Below are positions 10,343-19,865 of a DNA stretch of 64,000 nt, one piece after another. Source of the stretch: Opitutales bacterium (GTDB lineage: Bacteria > Verrucomicrobiota > Verrucomicrobiia > Opitutales > UBA2987). Position 1 is the first letter of the stretch; every line of letters begins with the position of its first letter. Location: assembly GCA_965226885.1 (NCBI GenBank), contig CBDDEL010000015.1, positions 640,001 to 704,000 on the forward strand. Direction: 5' to 3'. The notes beneath the pieces were generated by a model. The model saw only the letters and a program-made list of their open reading frames with translations. It was not told the DNA's origin and did not search any database. A program made the position numbers and the translations under genes.

Positions 10343-12235
10343 ATGAAGACCACTTCTAAAGGGATCGCTATACTGCTCCTGCTGGCAGGGCTGATAATGG
10401 TGACCATCATCACTAGCTTCATTCCCGGTCAGGTGGATATGACCGCGGAAAATATTTACACCTTGTCCGATGGCAGCAAGGCCCTGCTGAAGAAGATCGA
10501 GGAACCCGTTACGCTCGATTATTACTTTCGGCGCAGCGCGGAGGAGGTGCCTATCCGGTTTAAAAATTTCGCCACCCGTGTGGAAGCCCTCCTGCGCCAG
10601 TATGAAAGCGCCGGAGGGGGTAATATAGTGGTCAATATCATCGATCCGAAGCCGGACACAGAGGAGGAAGAAGAGGCCATCCGCTCCGGCATTTCCAGCC
10701 AGCCGCTTCCTAGTGGGGAAAACTTTTTTTTCGGATTAAAAGCCATACAGGCGGAGCAGGAGAAAATCATTCCCATTTTCGATCTGCAACGGGAATCTTT
10801 TCTCGAATATGACATCTCCCGTACCATCCACCGAGTACAGCAGCTAGACCTGCCCAAATTGGGGGTGGTCTCCTCCCTGCCAGTGATTTCCGGTTATCAA
10901 CCGGGCATGATGCCTCCGGGCCAGCCGCCCCCGGAAGATTGGGTCTTCATCCAGGAATTACGGGAGAGTTTTTCCATTAAGCAAGTGGCAGCTGACGGGA
11001 ACAACCTACCCGATGATCTGGATGTTCTGGCAATCATACACCCGGCCGGGTTGAGCGACCCGTTGCTCTACGAAATCGATCAGTTCGCGCTTTCCGGAAA
11101 ACCGGTTTTTATCGCTGTGGATCCGTCATCCAATATTCAAAAAAGGAGCATGAGCCAACAACAGATGATGATGGGCGGCATGCCCAGCACATCCAGCGAC
11201 CTACCGCGGCTTTTCGATAAATGGGGCATCGATTACGACCCGACCTATTTTGTGGCCGACCTGCAATATGCCGAAAGCGTAGTCGCCGGACCGGGCGGAT
11301 CGAGGGTGCGCTACCCGGCCTGGCTCAATATCGATAGGCTCTCCGGGGAGGCGCCCCCCACGGCGGAACTGAACCGCATGTTTCTGGTTGAGCCAGGTAG
11401 TTTTAACCTGCGGGAGGATAGCGGCCTGACTTTGACTCCACTTCTGGAAAGTTCCGACCAAAGCGGGCTCTTGACTGCCAGTTTGCTCAATTTCACCCCG
11501 CCGGATGCGCTCGCCCGGCAGGTGGACCCCAATGGCGAAACTCATGTCCTGGCGGGAATTTTACACGGCAAACTGACGACCGCTTTTCCCGATGGCAGGC
11601 CAGCGGTTGAAGCAGGGGATGAAGAAGAGGCCGAAGATGAATCGAAAGGCGGTGAATTTCTTTCAGAATCCATTGGTGAAAGCACCTTGGTGTTGATTGC
11701 CGACAGCGATTTTTTGGCCGACAACTTCAGCGTGCGGCGCATCAATTTCCTCGGCATGCGAGGGATGCAGCCCCTCAACGACAACATCGCTTTTATCAGC
11801 AATGTCCTGGAATACCTGGCCGGGAGCGAAGACCTCATTTCCCTGCGGGGCAAAGGAACAGTGGTGCGGCCCTTTCAAGTGGTGCGGGACCTCGAAATGA
11901 TTGCCCAGCAAAAATTCAAAGAGGAGTACGAGGACTTGCAGTCCGAACTCTCCGAGGTGCAGGCAAAACTGCGCCAACTGCAGGAAGAACAAGGCGACCG
12001 GCGTCGCTTGGTGGCGGGTTCGGAAGTTCGCCAACTGATCGAGGATTACCGGGTCGAAGAAGCCGATAAACGGGCGGCCCTGCGCAATATTCGGAAAAAA
12101 CTGCGGGAGGACATCGAGAGCCTGGAACGCAACCTGGCTCTTACGAACCTGCTCACCGTTCCCTGCCTGATCGGCATCGCAGGGGTGGGCTTTTTCTATG
12201 CCCGCCACAAACGGCAGAAAGGCAGCCAAGCATGA
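10343..12235 (+). CDS. GldG-family ABC auxiliary component
   Basis: N-terminal TM, D.T...IYTLS motif, LEYDISR, C-terminal coiled coil plus TM. Confidence 0.85.
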   Translation: MKTTSKGIAILLLLAGLIMVTIITSFIPGQVDMTAENIYTLSDGSKALLKKIEEPVTLDYYFRRSAEEVPIRFKNFATRVEALLRQYESAGGGNIVVNIIDPKPDTEEEEEAIRSGISSQPLPSGENFFFGLKAIQAEQEKIIPIFDLQRESFLEYDISRTIHRVQQLDLPKLGVVSSLPVISGYQPGMMPPGQPPPEDWVFIQELRESFSIKQVAADGNNLPDDLDVLAIIHPAGLSDPLLYEIDQFALSGKPVFIAVDPSSNIQKRSMSQQQMMMGGMPSTSSDLPRLFDKWGIDYDPTYFVADLQYAESVVAGPGGSRVRYPAWLNIDRLSGEAPPTAELNRMFLVEPGSFNLREDSGLTLTPLLESSDQSGLLTASLLNFTPPDALARQVDPNGETHVLAGILHGKLTTAFPDGRPAVEAGDEEEAEDESKGGEFLSESIGESTLVLIADSDFLADNFSVRRINFLGMRGMQPLNDNIAFISNVLEYLAGSEDLISLRGKGTVVRPFQVVRDLEMIAQQKFKEEYEDLQSELSEVQAKLRQLQEEQGDRRRLVAGSEVRQLIEDYRVEEADKRAALRNIRKKLREDIESLERNLALTNLLTVPCLIGIAGVGFFYARHKRQKGSQA

Positions 12236-13323
12236 AATTGAAACCTCTCATTATCGCGATTTTGGTCATCGCCGTTCTCGCCGTGGTGGGCTGGAAGTTG
12301 ACACGTCCAGCCCAGCGAGTGATCGATCCCGACAGCCTGGCGGGTGAAAAACTGCTCTCACCCGACATTTTGGAGAAAGCGGAGGAAATCGTTTTCGAGA
12401 AACCCTCCGAGAATGAAAAAGTGACATTGATAAAGGAAAAAGGGGGCGATTGGGCGCTTCCCGATTATTATGGGTTGCGGGTCGATTTCAGTAAATTGAA
12501 AACCCTCACGGGCAACCTGCTGGATGCCTCCATCACCCGATTGGTCACCCGTAATCCCGAAAGAATGGAACGCCTGGAACTGGGGACCAACCGGGTGACC
12601 TTGAAATCGGCCGATGGTAAATCGCTGTGGGATTTGGAAACCGGTAAAAGAGGCTCCAACTCGGGGTTGTTTATCCAGCTCGACGGCAGAGAGGAAGCCT
12701 ACCTGGCCGACCTGAGCCTTTATCTTGACACCGATAGCAAAAATTGGGCCGATAAAAAGCTGCTCACCTTCGAGCAAAAAGACGTTTCCCGGCTTCGCCT
12801 CGAGTTTCCCGACAAGGAGGAATTGCCGCTCGAAATTTCACGTACCGGGCCGGATGCGCCCTTCGATCTGAGTGGCCCGGTAGAAGGGGAAACCCTCAAG
12901 CAGAACGAAGTAAAAAGTCTTATCTCCACTCTCTTGAGCGCCCGCTTCAATGATGTTCGATCTCCCGGGGAAGAGGACGCCGTGGGCGCCCGCCAGAACA
13001 GCCGCCAAGTAGTCTTGGAGCTTTTCAATGGGGACGTTTACACCCTGAGCATTGGTCGCCGCCTGCCGGAGCCGGTTGTCGCCGAGGTTGAGGTTGTTGC
13101 CGAAGGAGAGGAGGAGGCAGAGACGGAAGAGCCTAAGCCGGGGCCGGTGTTTATATTTTTTGAAATCTCGGATCCGGAAAACTACCTCAACCGAGTCATG
13201 TCCGAGGCGGCCCTGGTTTACTCCGACTACACCTACAACCAAATCCCGGATAGCCGTCTTAAACTGGTTGAGGTAACAGCGACGGAGACGGAAGAAGCGG
13301 AGTCCTCCGCCGATTCAGGATAA
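12232..13323 (+). CDS. DUF4340-like membrane-anchored protein
   Basis: N-terminal anchor; fourth gene of the Gld-like ABC operon; ATGA overlap with the upstream gene. Confidence 0.7.
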   Translation: MKLKPLIIAILVIAVLAVVGWKLTRPAQRVIDPDSLAGEKLLSPDILEKAEEIVFEKPSENEKVTLIKEKGGDWALPDYYGLRVDFSKLKTLTGNLLDASITRLVTRNPERMERLELGTNRVTLKSADGKSLWDLETGKRGSNSGLFIQLDGREEAYLADLSLYLDTDSKNWADKKLLTFEQKDVSRLRLEFPDKEELPLEISRTGPDAPFDLSGPVEGETLKQNEVKSLISTLLSARFNDVRSPGEEDAVGARQNSRQVVLELFNGDVYTLSIGRRLPEPVVAEVEVVAEGEEEAETEEPKPGPVFIFFEISDPENYLNRVMSEAALVYSDYTYNQIPDSRLKLVEVTATETEEAESSADSG

Positions 13324-13887
13324 TTCTGCGTGGCGAAAGCAATCGATGGTGTGATCGTTGACCATGCCCACCGCCTGCATAAAGGCATAGCATATAGTGG
13401 GCCCGACAAATTTGAATCCTCTTCGCTTGAGTTCCCGGCTCATCATTTCGGATTCCTTGGTCGATGCCGGTAGGTCACCGAGGGAACGCCATTGGTTCTG
13501 GATGGTGATGCCATCGGTAAACTGCCAGATGAATTTTTGGAAAGTCCCGAACTCTTCACTGATTCGCAGAAAGGCCCGGGCATTGCCGATGGCGGCGGAA
13601 ATTTTTAACCGGTTTCTAACAATGCCAGCATTTTGCAGCAATGCGGCTTCCTTTTTTTTATCGTAGCGGGCTATTTTTTGCGCATCGAAGGCATCGAAAG
13701 CCATTCTATAATTTTCGCGCTTTTTGAGAATGGTGATCCAACTGAGCCCGGCCTGAGCTCCTTCCAGCAGGAGGAATTCAAAGAGCCTGCCGTCGTCGTG
13801 CAGGGGCCTCCCCCACTCCTCATCGTGATAGCGAATTTAAAGGGGATCGGAAATCGACCAGGCGCAGCGAGTTTTTTTCATCATCAT
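13315..13887 (-). pseudogene. tag: DNA-3-methyladenine glycosylase I with in-frame TAA at 13837-13839
   Basis: Reads MKKTRCAW..SDPL*IRYHDEEWG...LEGAQAGLSW...GFKFVGPTICYAFMQAVGMVNDH; the stop replaces the Tyr expected in DPLY. Confidence 0.88.
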
Positions 13888-14043
13888 CAAATAAACCCTG
13901 AAGGATTGTCGCTTAAGCGTTTTCCAATGAATTCCAGGCGACAAGAAAAAAAACACTGACCCGCTCCAGAGGCGGACGAATTTTTCAAAATTAAATTTTA
14001 TGTTGCTTATTTGCAGGCTGCCCAGCATTTATTTTGCATTGAA

Positions 14044-14833
14044 ATGTTCAGAATGATTTCAGGAAATCGTTTTGCTGGTGCTGTGGGGGTTTTCACATCT
14101 CTTGTTTTCTTGTTTACGCTCCAAACCGGGAGCGGTCAAAACATCGAAAGGGACACCCAAAAGTTAAACACCCGCTTGACCGATATCAACGCCTTCTTTT
14201 CGGCTGTCATGGCCAATCCCCAATCGGCGATCCCGCAAGCGATTCTGGGAAATGCCAAAGGCATCATTATCGTGATGCAAAATAAGGGGGGCCGGTTCGT
14301 GGCTCGCAAAGGCGGGGCGGGCATCGTCATCGTTCGCGACGAAAGGACCAGCAAACTGGGGATGCCGGCCTTTGTCCAGTCGCAGGATGAAAACTGGGGA
14401 TCGCTCGTCAATGGCAAACCTGTGAATACCATCTATCTGTTAATGCAAACCTGTGAATACCATCTATCTGTTAATGGATGCCGATGGGTTGAGCATCCTT
14501 TCCAAAAACCGTTTTCGCATCGGCTCTGGCGTGAAAGCCGCGGTGGGGCCAACCACCGCCCAGCCCGATCTCCAGGTGGACGCATCCATTCTTTTATATT
14601 CCAGTGAATCTGCGGCCGCTCCGGGCACTTTTTATTCGGGCGGCATTCTCTATGGCGAGGTCACCGCCAACCACCTTTATTTCAAGGATGAATCGCTCAC
14701 CATGCAGGATATTCTGTTCAACTATTCGGGCGACCCCACGGCCCAAATAATGAATTTCGTGCAACTGGTGGACAGTCATGTCGGTGATTTCAAGGTCGTT
14801 AAAAAGAAAAGAATCGGCAGTATTCTTTTTTAA
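14044..14833 (+). pseudogene. SYLF/Ysc84 lipid-binding domain exported protein, frameshifted by a 31-bp duplication
   Basis: IP..IL..AKGIII...KGG...GG.G and AAVGP motifs; removing one repeat copy joins ORFs 14011..14607 and 14453..14833. Confidence 0.75.
14414..14475. repeat. Perfect 31-bp tandem duplication GCAAACCTGTGAATACCATCTATCTGTTAAT x2
   Basis: Read directly. Confidence 0.97.
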
Positions 14834-14950
14834 TGTAAAAAGGCACTGCCTGATCGCCCTCTACCCTGAGCCAAGGCCGGAAAACGTATATCCTGTTTTG
14901 CCTTTCCCATCCATCCATCTGCAATATTGCCATTTAAATGGGGCTGTGCA

Positions 14951-16912
14951 ATGGTCGCGGCAATGGACCTGACTGCTGCCTATTGGCGATCCCTTGCTCT
15001 TTTTCTTGCCGGCATGTCCCTGGCCGCACCGTTCCAGGTTCGGGCGGCGGTGGATTTGCTTCCGGTGGAGGCGTTTTTCAGCGGCAATCAATACACCGAG
15101 GTTACCATTTCGCCGGATGGCGAATGCCTGGCTTTTCTCAGCCTGGTGAACGGCAGCCGGAATCTTTTCACTTACTCCATTGAGAAAAAACAATACAAAA
15201 GCCTGACCGAAGGCGGGAGGGACGCAGTTTTCGATTATGCCTGGGCGGGCAACGAATACCTGGTTTACCAGATAACGCAGGAAGATTATTTGGGTCTGGG
15301 CTTGGCCGCCGTTCGCCGGGACGGCAAAAAACGCAATCGGAAAGTTCTTTTGGAGCCAGCCCGGATGGTCCACAGCATGCCCGCCTACCCCAAACACATC
15401 CTGGTGGTCCTTTATCCCTACGAGGAACAATTTCCAGACCTTCACAGGGTGGGTATCACTTCCAGATACCGCACCACCTTTTTTGAGAATCCGGGCGATG
15501 TCGATTACTGGCTGCTCGATCCCGAGGGCCAGGTGAGGCTGGTGAAAGTCTTTAATCGGGACGGCAGCATTGACGTCTATCGCTACCGGGCCACGGTCAA
15601 AGAGCCCTGGCAGGAAATCCGGCTGCCCGCGGAAACTTACCCGCTGGCCCTTGATTACGACAGCAGTTTGCTGTATGTCGCCACCGGCAAAGACCGGCCC
15701 TTCACGGCCGTTTACAAATACGACCCGCAGTCGCAGGAATTCGCGGGCCTGGTCTGGAAAGATTCCTCATATGATGTCGTCCCCGGCTACGACCTGAACG
15801 GAGCGAGAGATTTCAAGGGCCTCATATTTTCCGATCAATTCCGCACCCTGGCGGGCATCGCCTATGAGCGCAATGGTCCTCAAATTCAATGGTTCCTGCC
15901 TTTTTATGAAGATTTGCAGGAAATGATCGATCAATCCTTGCCCAATACCCAAAATGTTTTCCTGGGCCGCGACAAAAGTGAAGAACACTTTCTCATCTTT
16001 GCCTACAATGACCGCGATCCTGGAAATTATTACCTGCTGGATTACCCTACCCGGCACCTGCAGTGGCTCTTCTCTAAAAATCCAGCCATAAATCCCGAAC
16101 AAATGGCGACCATGAAACCGGTCCAGATGCCATCGCGGGATGGGCGCATCCTGCACGGCTATTTGACCCTTCCGAAGGGCAAAAGACAGAACCTTCCCCT
16201 GGTCCTGAAACCGCATGACGGACCCTTTATGAGGGATAAATGGGGTTTCGACCCGGAAGTGCAATTCCTGGCCAATCGAGGCTATGCCGTTTTGCAGGTG
16301 AACTACCGGGGGTCCACCGGATACGGAAAAAATTTTTTCATGGCCGCTTTCGGAGAGATCGGCAAAAAAATGCAAAATGACATCACCGACGCGGTCCGCT
16401 GGGCAGTCTCGGAAAAAATCGCGGATCCGCAACGCATCGCCATTTACGGTGAAGGCTTCGGGGCCTACCTGGCCATGTCGGGACTGTTATTCACCCCCGA
16501 GCTATTCCAATGCGCCGTGGCCGTGGGCGGCATCTACGATTGGGAGACTTTTCTGGATAGCGACAAAACGTCTGTCATGGAACGCAATATGCCATTAAGC
16601 AGAATCTGGTTCGGGGAAACCGGGGACGAAGATTATGATAATAATACTAACAACAATAACAATGAACTATTAAAAACCGTCTCACCGGCTCACCATGCCG
16701 CACGGACCAAAAATCCCGTATTACTAATTCCAAAAGCCAACAACGGCCTCCCCATCGACCCCCAAACCCGCCTCATGGCGGAAGCCCTCCAAAAAGAGGG
16801 TAAACCGCACGAAATATTCGGCCAAAGCACAAACCCGGTCCACCCCCTGGAAAAATCCACCCCCCTCGACCACTACCACCGCATCGAAACCTTCTTGTCC
16901 GAAAATCTTTAA
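14951..16912 (+). CDS. S9 prolyl-oligopeptidase-family protein with degenerate catalytic residues
   Basis: Signal peptide, ISPDG propeller repeat, LANRGYAVLQVNYRGSTGYG; nucleophile loop is YGEGFGAY rather than GxSxG; start codon uncertain. Confidence 0.85.
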   Translation: MVAAMDLTAAYWRSLALFLAGMSLAAPFQVRAAVDLLPVEAFFSGNQYTEVTISPDGECLAFLSLVNGSRNLFTYSIEKKQYKSLTEGGRDAVFDYAWAGNEYLVYQITQEDYLGLGLAAVRRDGKKRNRKVLLEPARMVHSMPAYPKHILVVLYPYEEQFPDLHRVGITSRYRTTFFENPGDVDYWLLDPEGQVRLVKVFNRDGSIDVYRYRATVKEPWQEIRLPAETYPLALDYDSSLLYVATGKDRPFTAVYKYDPQSQEFAGLVWKDSSYDVVPGYDLNGARDFKGLIFSDQFRTLAGIAYERNGPQIQWFLPFYEDLQEMIDQSLPNTQNVFLGRDKSEEHFLIFAYNDRDPGNYYLLDYPTRHLQWLFSKNPAINPEQMATMKPVQMPSRDGRILHGYLTLPKGKRQNLPLVLKPHDGPFMRDKWGFDPEVQFLANRGYAVLQVNYRGSTGYGKNFFMAAFGEIGKKMQNDITDAVRWAVSEKIADPQRIAIYGEGFGAYLAMSGLLFTPELFQCAVAVGGIYDWETFLDSDKTSVMERNMPLSRIWFGETGDEDYDNNTNNNNNELLKTVSPAHHAARTKNPVLLIPKANNGLPIDPQTRLMAEALQKEGKPHEIFGQSTNPVHPLEKSTPLDHYHRIETFLSENL

Positions 16913-17271
16913 GCCGGTCGTGTTTTCAAAATCCAATGTGTGATAGTACGAAACCAAAACAGTCGCTCCGATAATTTAGCCAGCGGAAAAGACCGACAGT
17001 CCACCCAAAATTATCTCCTCCACAGCCAGAGAGGCTGTTCGATTTTTTATTTGCAATTTGCATATTGATGTTAGGTTGAAAACAGGGAATGGCAAAGAAC
17101 TCACAAGCTCAAATATGTAGGTTAGTATTTGGCTCAATTTCAAGAAACACACCGTGATTCTGTTGGCTATAAAATAAATCAAGAATAGTCTTGTAAATAT
17201 CGGTCGTACGCATACTCTACCTAATTTTCTTGGCGTATTTATCGCCAAAATATTTAGTCTGGTAGAATACT

Positions 17272-18147
17272 ATGATGGAAATCGAAGATTCGCAAAGCCC
17301 TGCTAAGATTTGCATGTATGTTAATGGGCCGCTTTTTCGCGAAGGTATTCCATTGCATGTCATGATCGGGTCTCTGAAGGATTTCCAAGCAATCATCGAC
17401 AAGTCTTATCTTAGTTTTATAAAAGGTAAGAGGATTTCAAAAGATGAAAGAGAAAAATTCTACCTGCGAAGCTACGGCGTAGAACATCACTCCTTAGAGA
17501 CTTGGGTGGAAATCGTTATGGCCGGTTCTCAGACATTGATGCCCTTTTATAGTTACCTCAGCCCGGAGGGAATATGGGAAGTCACGAAACAGTCATGGGA
17601 GATGATTAAGCAGATAATGCCATACCTAAAAAACACAGGAAAGACTCCAGAATTTCACTTTGAGGGACATGGCCATTCTTCATTCACCGTCGTGACTGGC
17701 GACCAATCAAATAATTACTATGGACCGGTTTATAACGCAACGCAAAATTCGCTTCCTTTGTATCAAGATTTGGCACAAAAAATCGATAGCAAAAGTATTG
17801 ATACTATCAAGTTCGGCGACAGAACTGGTAATCCTATATCTATTTCTGAGGACGAAACAAAATTCTTACTTTTACCATCAACGGTTTCCAAGGAAACAGT
17901 TACCTTGGAGTGTGAGATTTTCGAATTCGATAAGCACGTTAACAAAGGAAAACTATCGGTATTTGATGAGCAAGAGATACCTTTGGGAGAATATCGATTC
18001 TCTGTCATCGGCAATCAAAATTTCGTGTTGTATATAGAGGCGATGCTGAGACAAGTCGTTAATATTGTTGCTCTGATAGAATATATACCAGATCCATTTG
18101 TAGGTGAAAAGATTAAAGCCATACAAATCATAGAAATTGTGACCTAA
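17272..18147 (+). CDS. AT-rich hypothetical protein (291 aa), probably horizontally acquired
   Basis: Long open frame with markedly lower GC than its neighbours; no motif recognised. Confidence 0.75.
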   Translation: MMEIEDSQSPAKICMYVNGPLFREGIPLHVMIGSLKDFQAIIDKSYLSFIKGKRISKDEREKFYLRSYGVEHHSLETWVEIVMAGSQTLMPFYSYLSPEGIWEVTKQSWEMIKQIMPYLKNTGKTPEFHFEGHGHSSFTVVTGDQSNNYYGPVYNATQNSLPLYQDLAQKIDSKSIDTIKFGDRTGNPISISEDETKFLLLPSTVSKETVTLECEIFEFDKHVNKGKLSVFDEQEIPLGEYRFSVIGNQNFVLYIEAMLRQVVNIVALIEYIPDPFVGEKIKAIQIIEIVT

Positions 18148-18373
18148 CCGAGCAGCCATTGGGCTTCGATCCATTTACGCAATCAATATGCAAAATTTTA
18201 ACCTGCCCGAATTTCAGAAGAATTTAAATTGAATTAAATTAAAAATCGTAATTTACGGTTTGGCCGCTTTTGGTGGTGACGCTTAACCCGGATATTTCGT
18301 AAAAAAAGTATCGTTGATATGCTTAACTGCTGATATACAGCAGGATAGATCAATAATTAAAGCAATATCAGCG

Positions 18374-19684
18374 ATGACAAAAGGTAAACAATTAAAGCTA
18401 CAGTTGACAAGGGTAAAAGGCCGCCGTGTGCGGGTTGATTTCAAGGGCGGAGAGGTTACTTCGGATGCCGGACTGCTTTTGATCCGGGAAGTGGATCGGC
18501 AGTTGGGCTTGACCGAACGAGCGGCCCGACAGTTAGTGGACAAACGGCAGAAGGGCAAAGTACGCCATGAGGTATTGGGGATGCTGCGGCAGCGCGTTTA
18601 CGGGCTGGTGGCGGGCTATGAGGATTTGAACGACTTTGATACCCTGCGCCACGATCCATTGTTGCAAACGGTAACGGGGCGCATTGAAACGTTGGCCAGC
18701 GCGCCGACTTTGTGTCGTTTTGAAAACGGGCAGGATCGGCGGGCGGCCTTTGCGGTAAACGAGCTGTTGGTCGAACAGTTCATGGGCTCCTTTGCCGAGG
18801 AACCCGAAGAGATCATCCTGGACTTTGACGCCACCGACAATCCGGTGCACGGGCTCCAGGAGGGACGTTTTTTCCACGGTTATTATGATCATTACTGTTT
18901 TCTGCCGCTATATGTTTTTTGCGGTGATCAGCTGCTGGTGGCCTACCTGCGGCCGAGCAAGATCGATGCCAGCAAGCATGCCGGGGCCATCCTCAAATTG
19001 CTGGTTAAACGGATTCGCCAAAGCTGGCCCCGTACGCGGATTATTTGGCGCGCCGACAGTGGATTTTGTCGAGACCGGATACTCTCTTGGTGCGACCGCA
19101 ACGAAGTTAGTTACATCGTGGGGATGGCTCGCAATGCACGCTTGCAGCAAGACGCCCAGCAGTTGCAAAAGCAGGCCAAAGAATGGTTCGAACTAAGGGG
19201 TAAAAAACAACGGTTATTCCAGGACTTCGTCTATGCTGCCGATTCGTGGCGATGGCTGCGGTTGGTCATCCATAAAGCCGAACACACCGCACAGGGGTCC
19301 AACCCGCGCTTCGTGGTGACGAACCTGCCGGGCGATCCCCAGGAGCTTTACGACAAGGTATACTGTGGCCGCGGTGAAATGGAGAACCGAATCAAGGAAC
19401 AGATGCAATTGTTCAGCGAGCGCACCAGCGCCCATCAATGGTGGGCCAATCAGTGGCGATTGCTCTTGTCGGCGCTGGCCTACACCTTGATGGAAGCCAT
19501 GCGCCGGTTAGCCTTAAAAGGGACGAAGTGGGCGCGGGCCCAATGCCACACCCTGCGGCTCAAATTAATCAAGATCGGAGCGGTCATCGTGCGCAACACC
19601 CGAACGATTCACTTTCACCTAAGTGAGAGTTATCCTTGGGCCAGTCTTTTCAACCATGCGCCCCGCCGATTGGTGCCAACCTAA
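18374..19684 (+). CDS. IS1380-family DDE transposase
   Basis: F.GG.VTSDAGLLL, LDFDATD, RADSGF, YCGRGEMENRIKE motifs. Confidence 0.95.
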   Translation: MTKGKQLKLQLTRVKGRRVRVDFKGGEVTSDAGLLLIREVDRQLGLTERAARQLVDKRQKGKVRHEVLGMLRQRVYGLVAGYEDLNDFDTLRHDPLLQTVTGRIETLASAPTLCRFENGQDRRAAFAVNELLVEQFMGSFAEEPEEIILDFDATDNPVHGLQEGRFFHGYYDHYCFLPLYVFCGDQLLVAYLRPSKIDASKHAGAILKLLVKRIRQSWPRTRIIWRADSGFCRDRILSWCDRNEVSYIVGMARNARLQQDAQQLQKQAKEWFELRGKKQRLFQDFVYAADSWRWLRLVIHKAEHTAQGSNPRFVVTNLPGDPQELYDKVYCGRGEMENRIKEQMQLFSERTSAHQWWANQWRLLLSALAYTLMEAMRRLALKGTKWARAQCHTLRLKLIKIGAVIVRNTRTIHFHLSESYPWASLFNHAPRRLVPT

Positions 19685-19800
19685 AGGGTGCATTGGTGCT
19701 GCCCCCGGCACTACCGAACCAATGGGGGAAAGGGGGCAGTGTCTCTACACCCTGAAAAACACCTAAAAATCAAGACGATCTGCTCAAAATACAAAGAAAT

Positions 19801-19816
19801 CCATCTCCCCATCTCC
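19801..19816. repeat. 8-bp tandem duplication CCATCTCC x2, present only in IS1380 copy 1
   Basis: Copies 2 and 3 have a single CCATCTCC at the same position. Confidence 0.95.
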
Positions 19817-19865
19817 AATAGCAATAACGAGCCAAACTTTACCCTTCATGAAATATCCGGGTTAG

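Larger units (their letters stand above)
18287..19861 (+). mobile_element. IS1380-family element, copy 1 (1575 bp)
   Basis: Terminal IRs CCCGGATATTTC / GAAATATCCGGG; flanks TTAA / TTAG. Confidence 0.95.

Noticed and set aside
19685..19745. HDV-like ribozyme in the IS1380 3' region
   Set aside because: The topology is similar, but there is no P4 or J4/2 catalytic cytosine and the L3 loop does not fit; kept only as a generic pseudoknot
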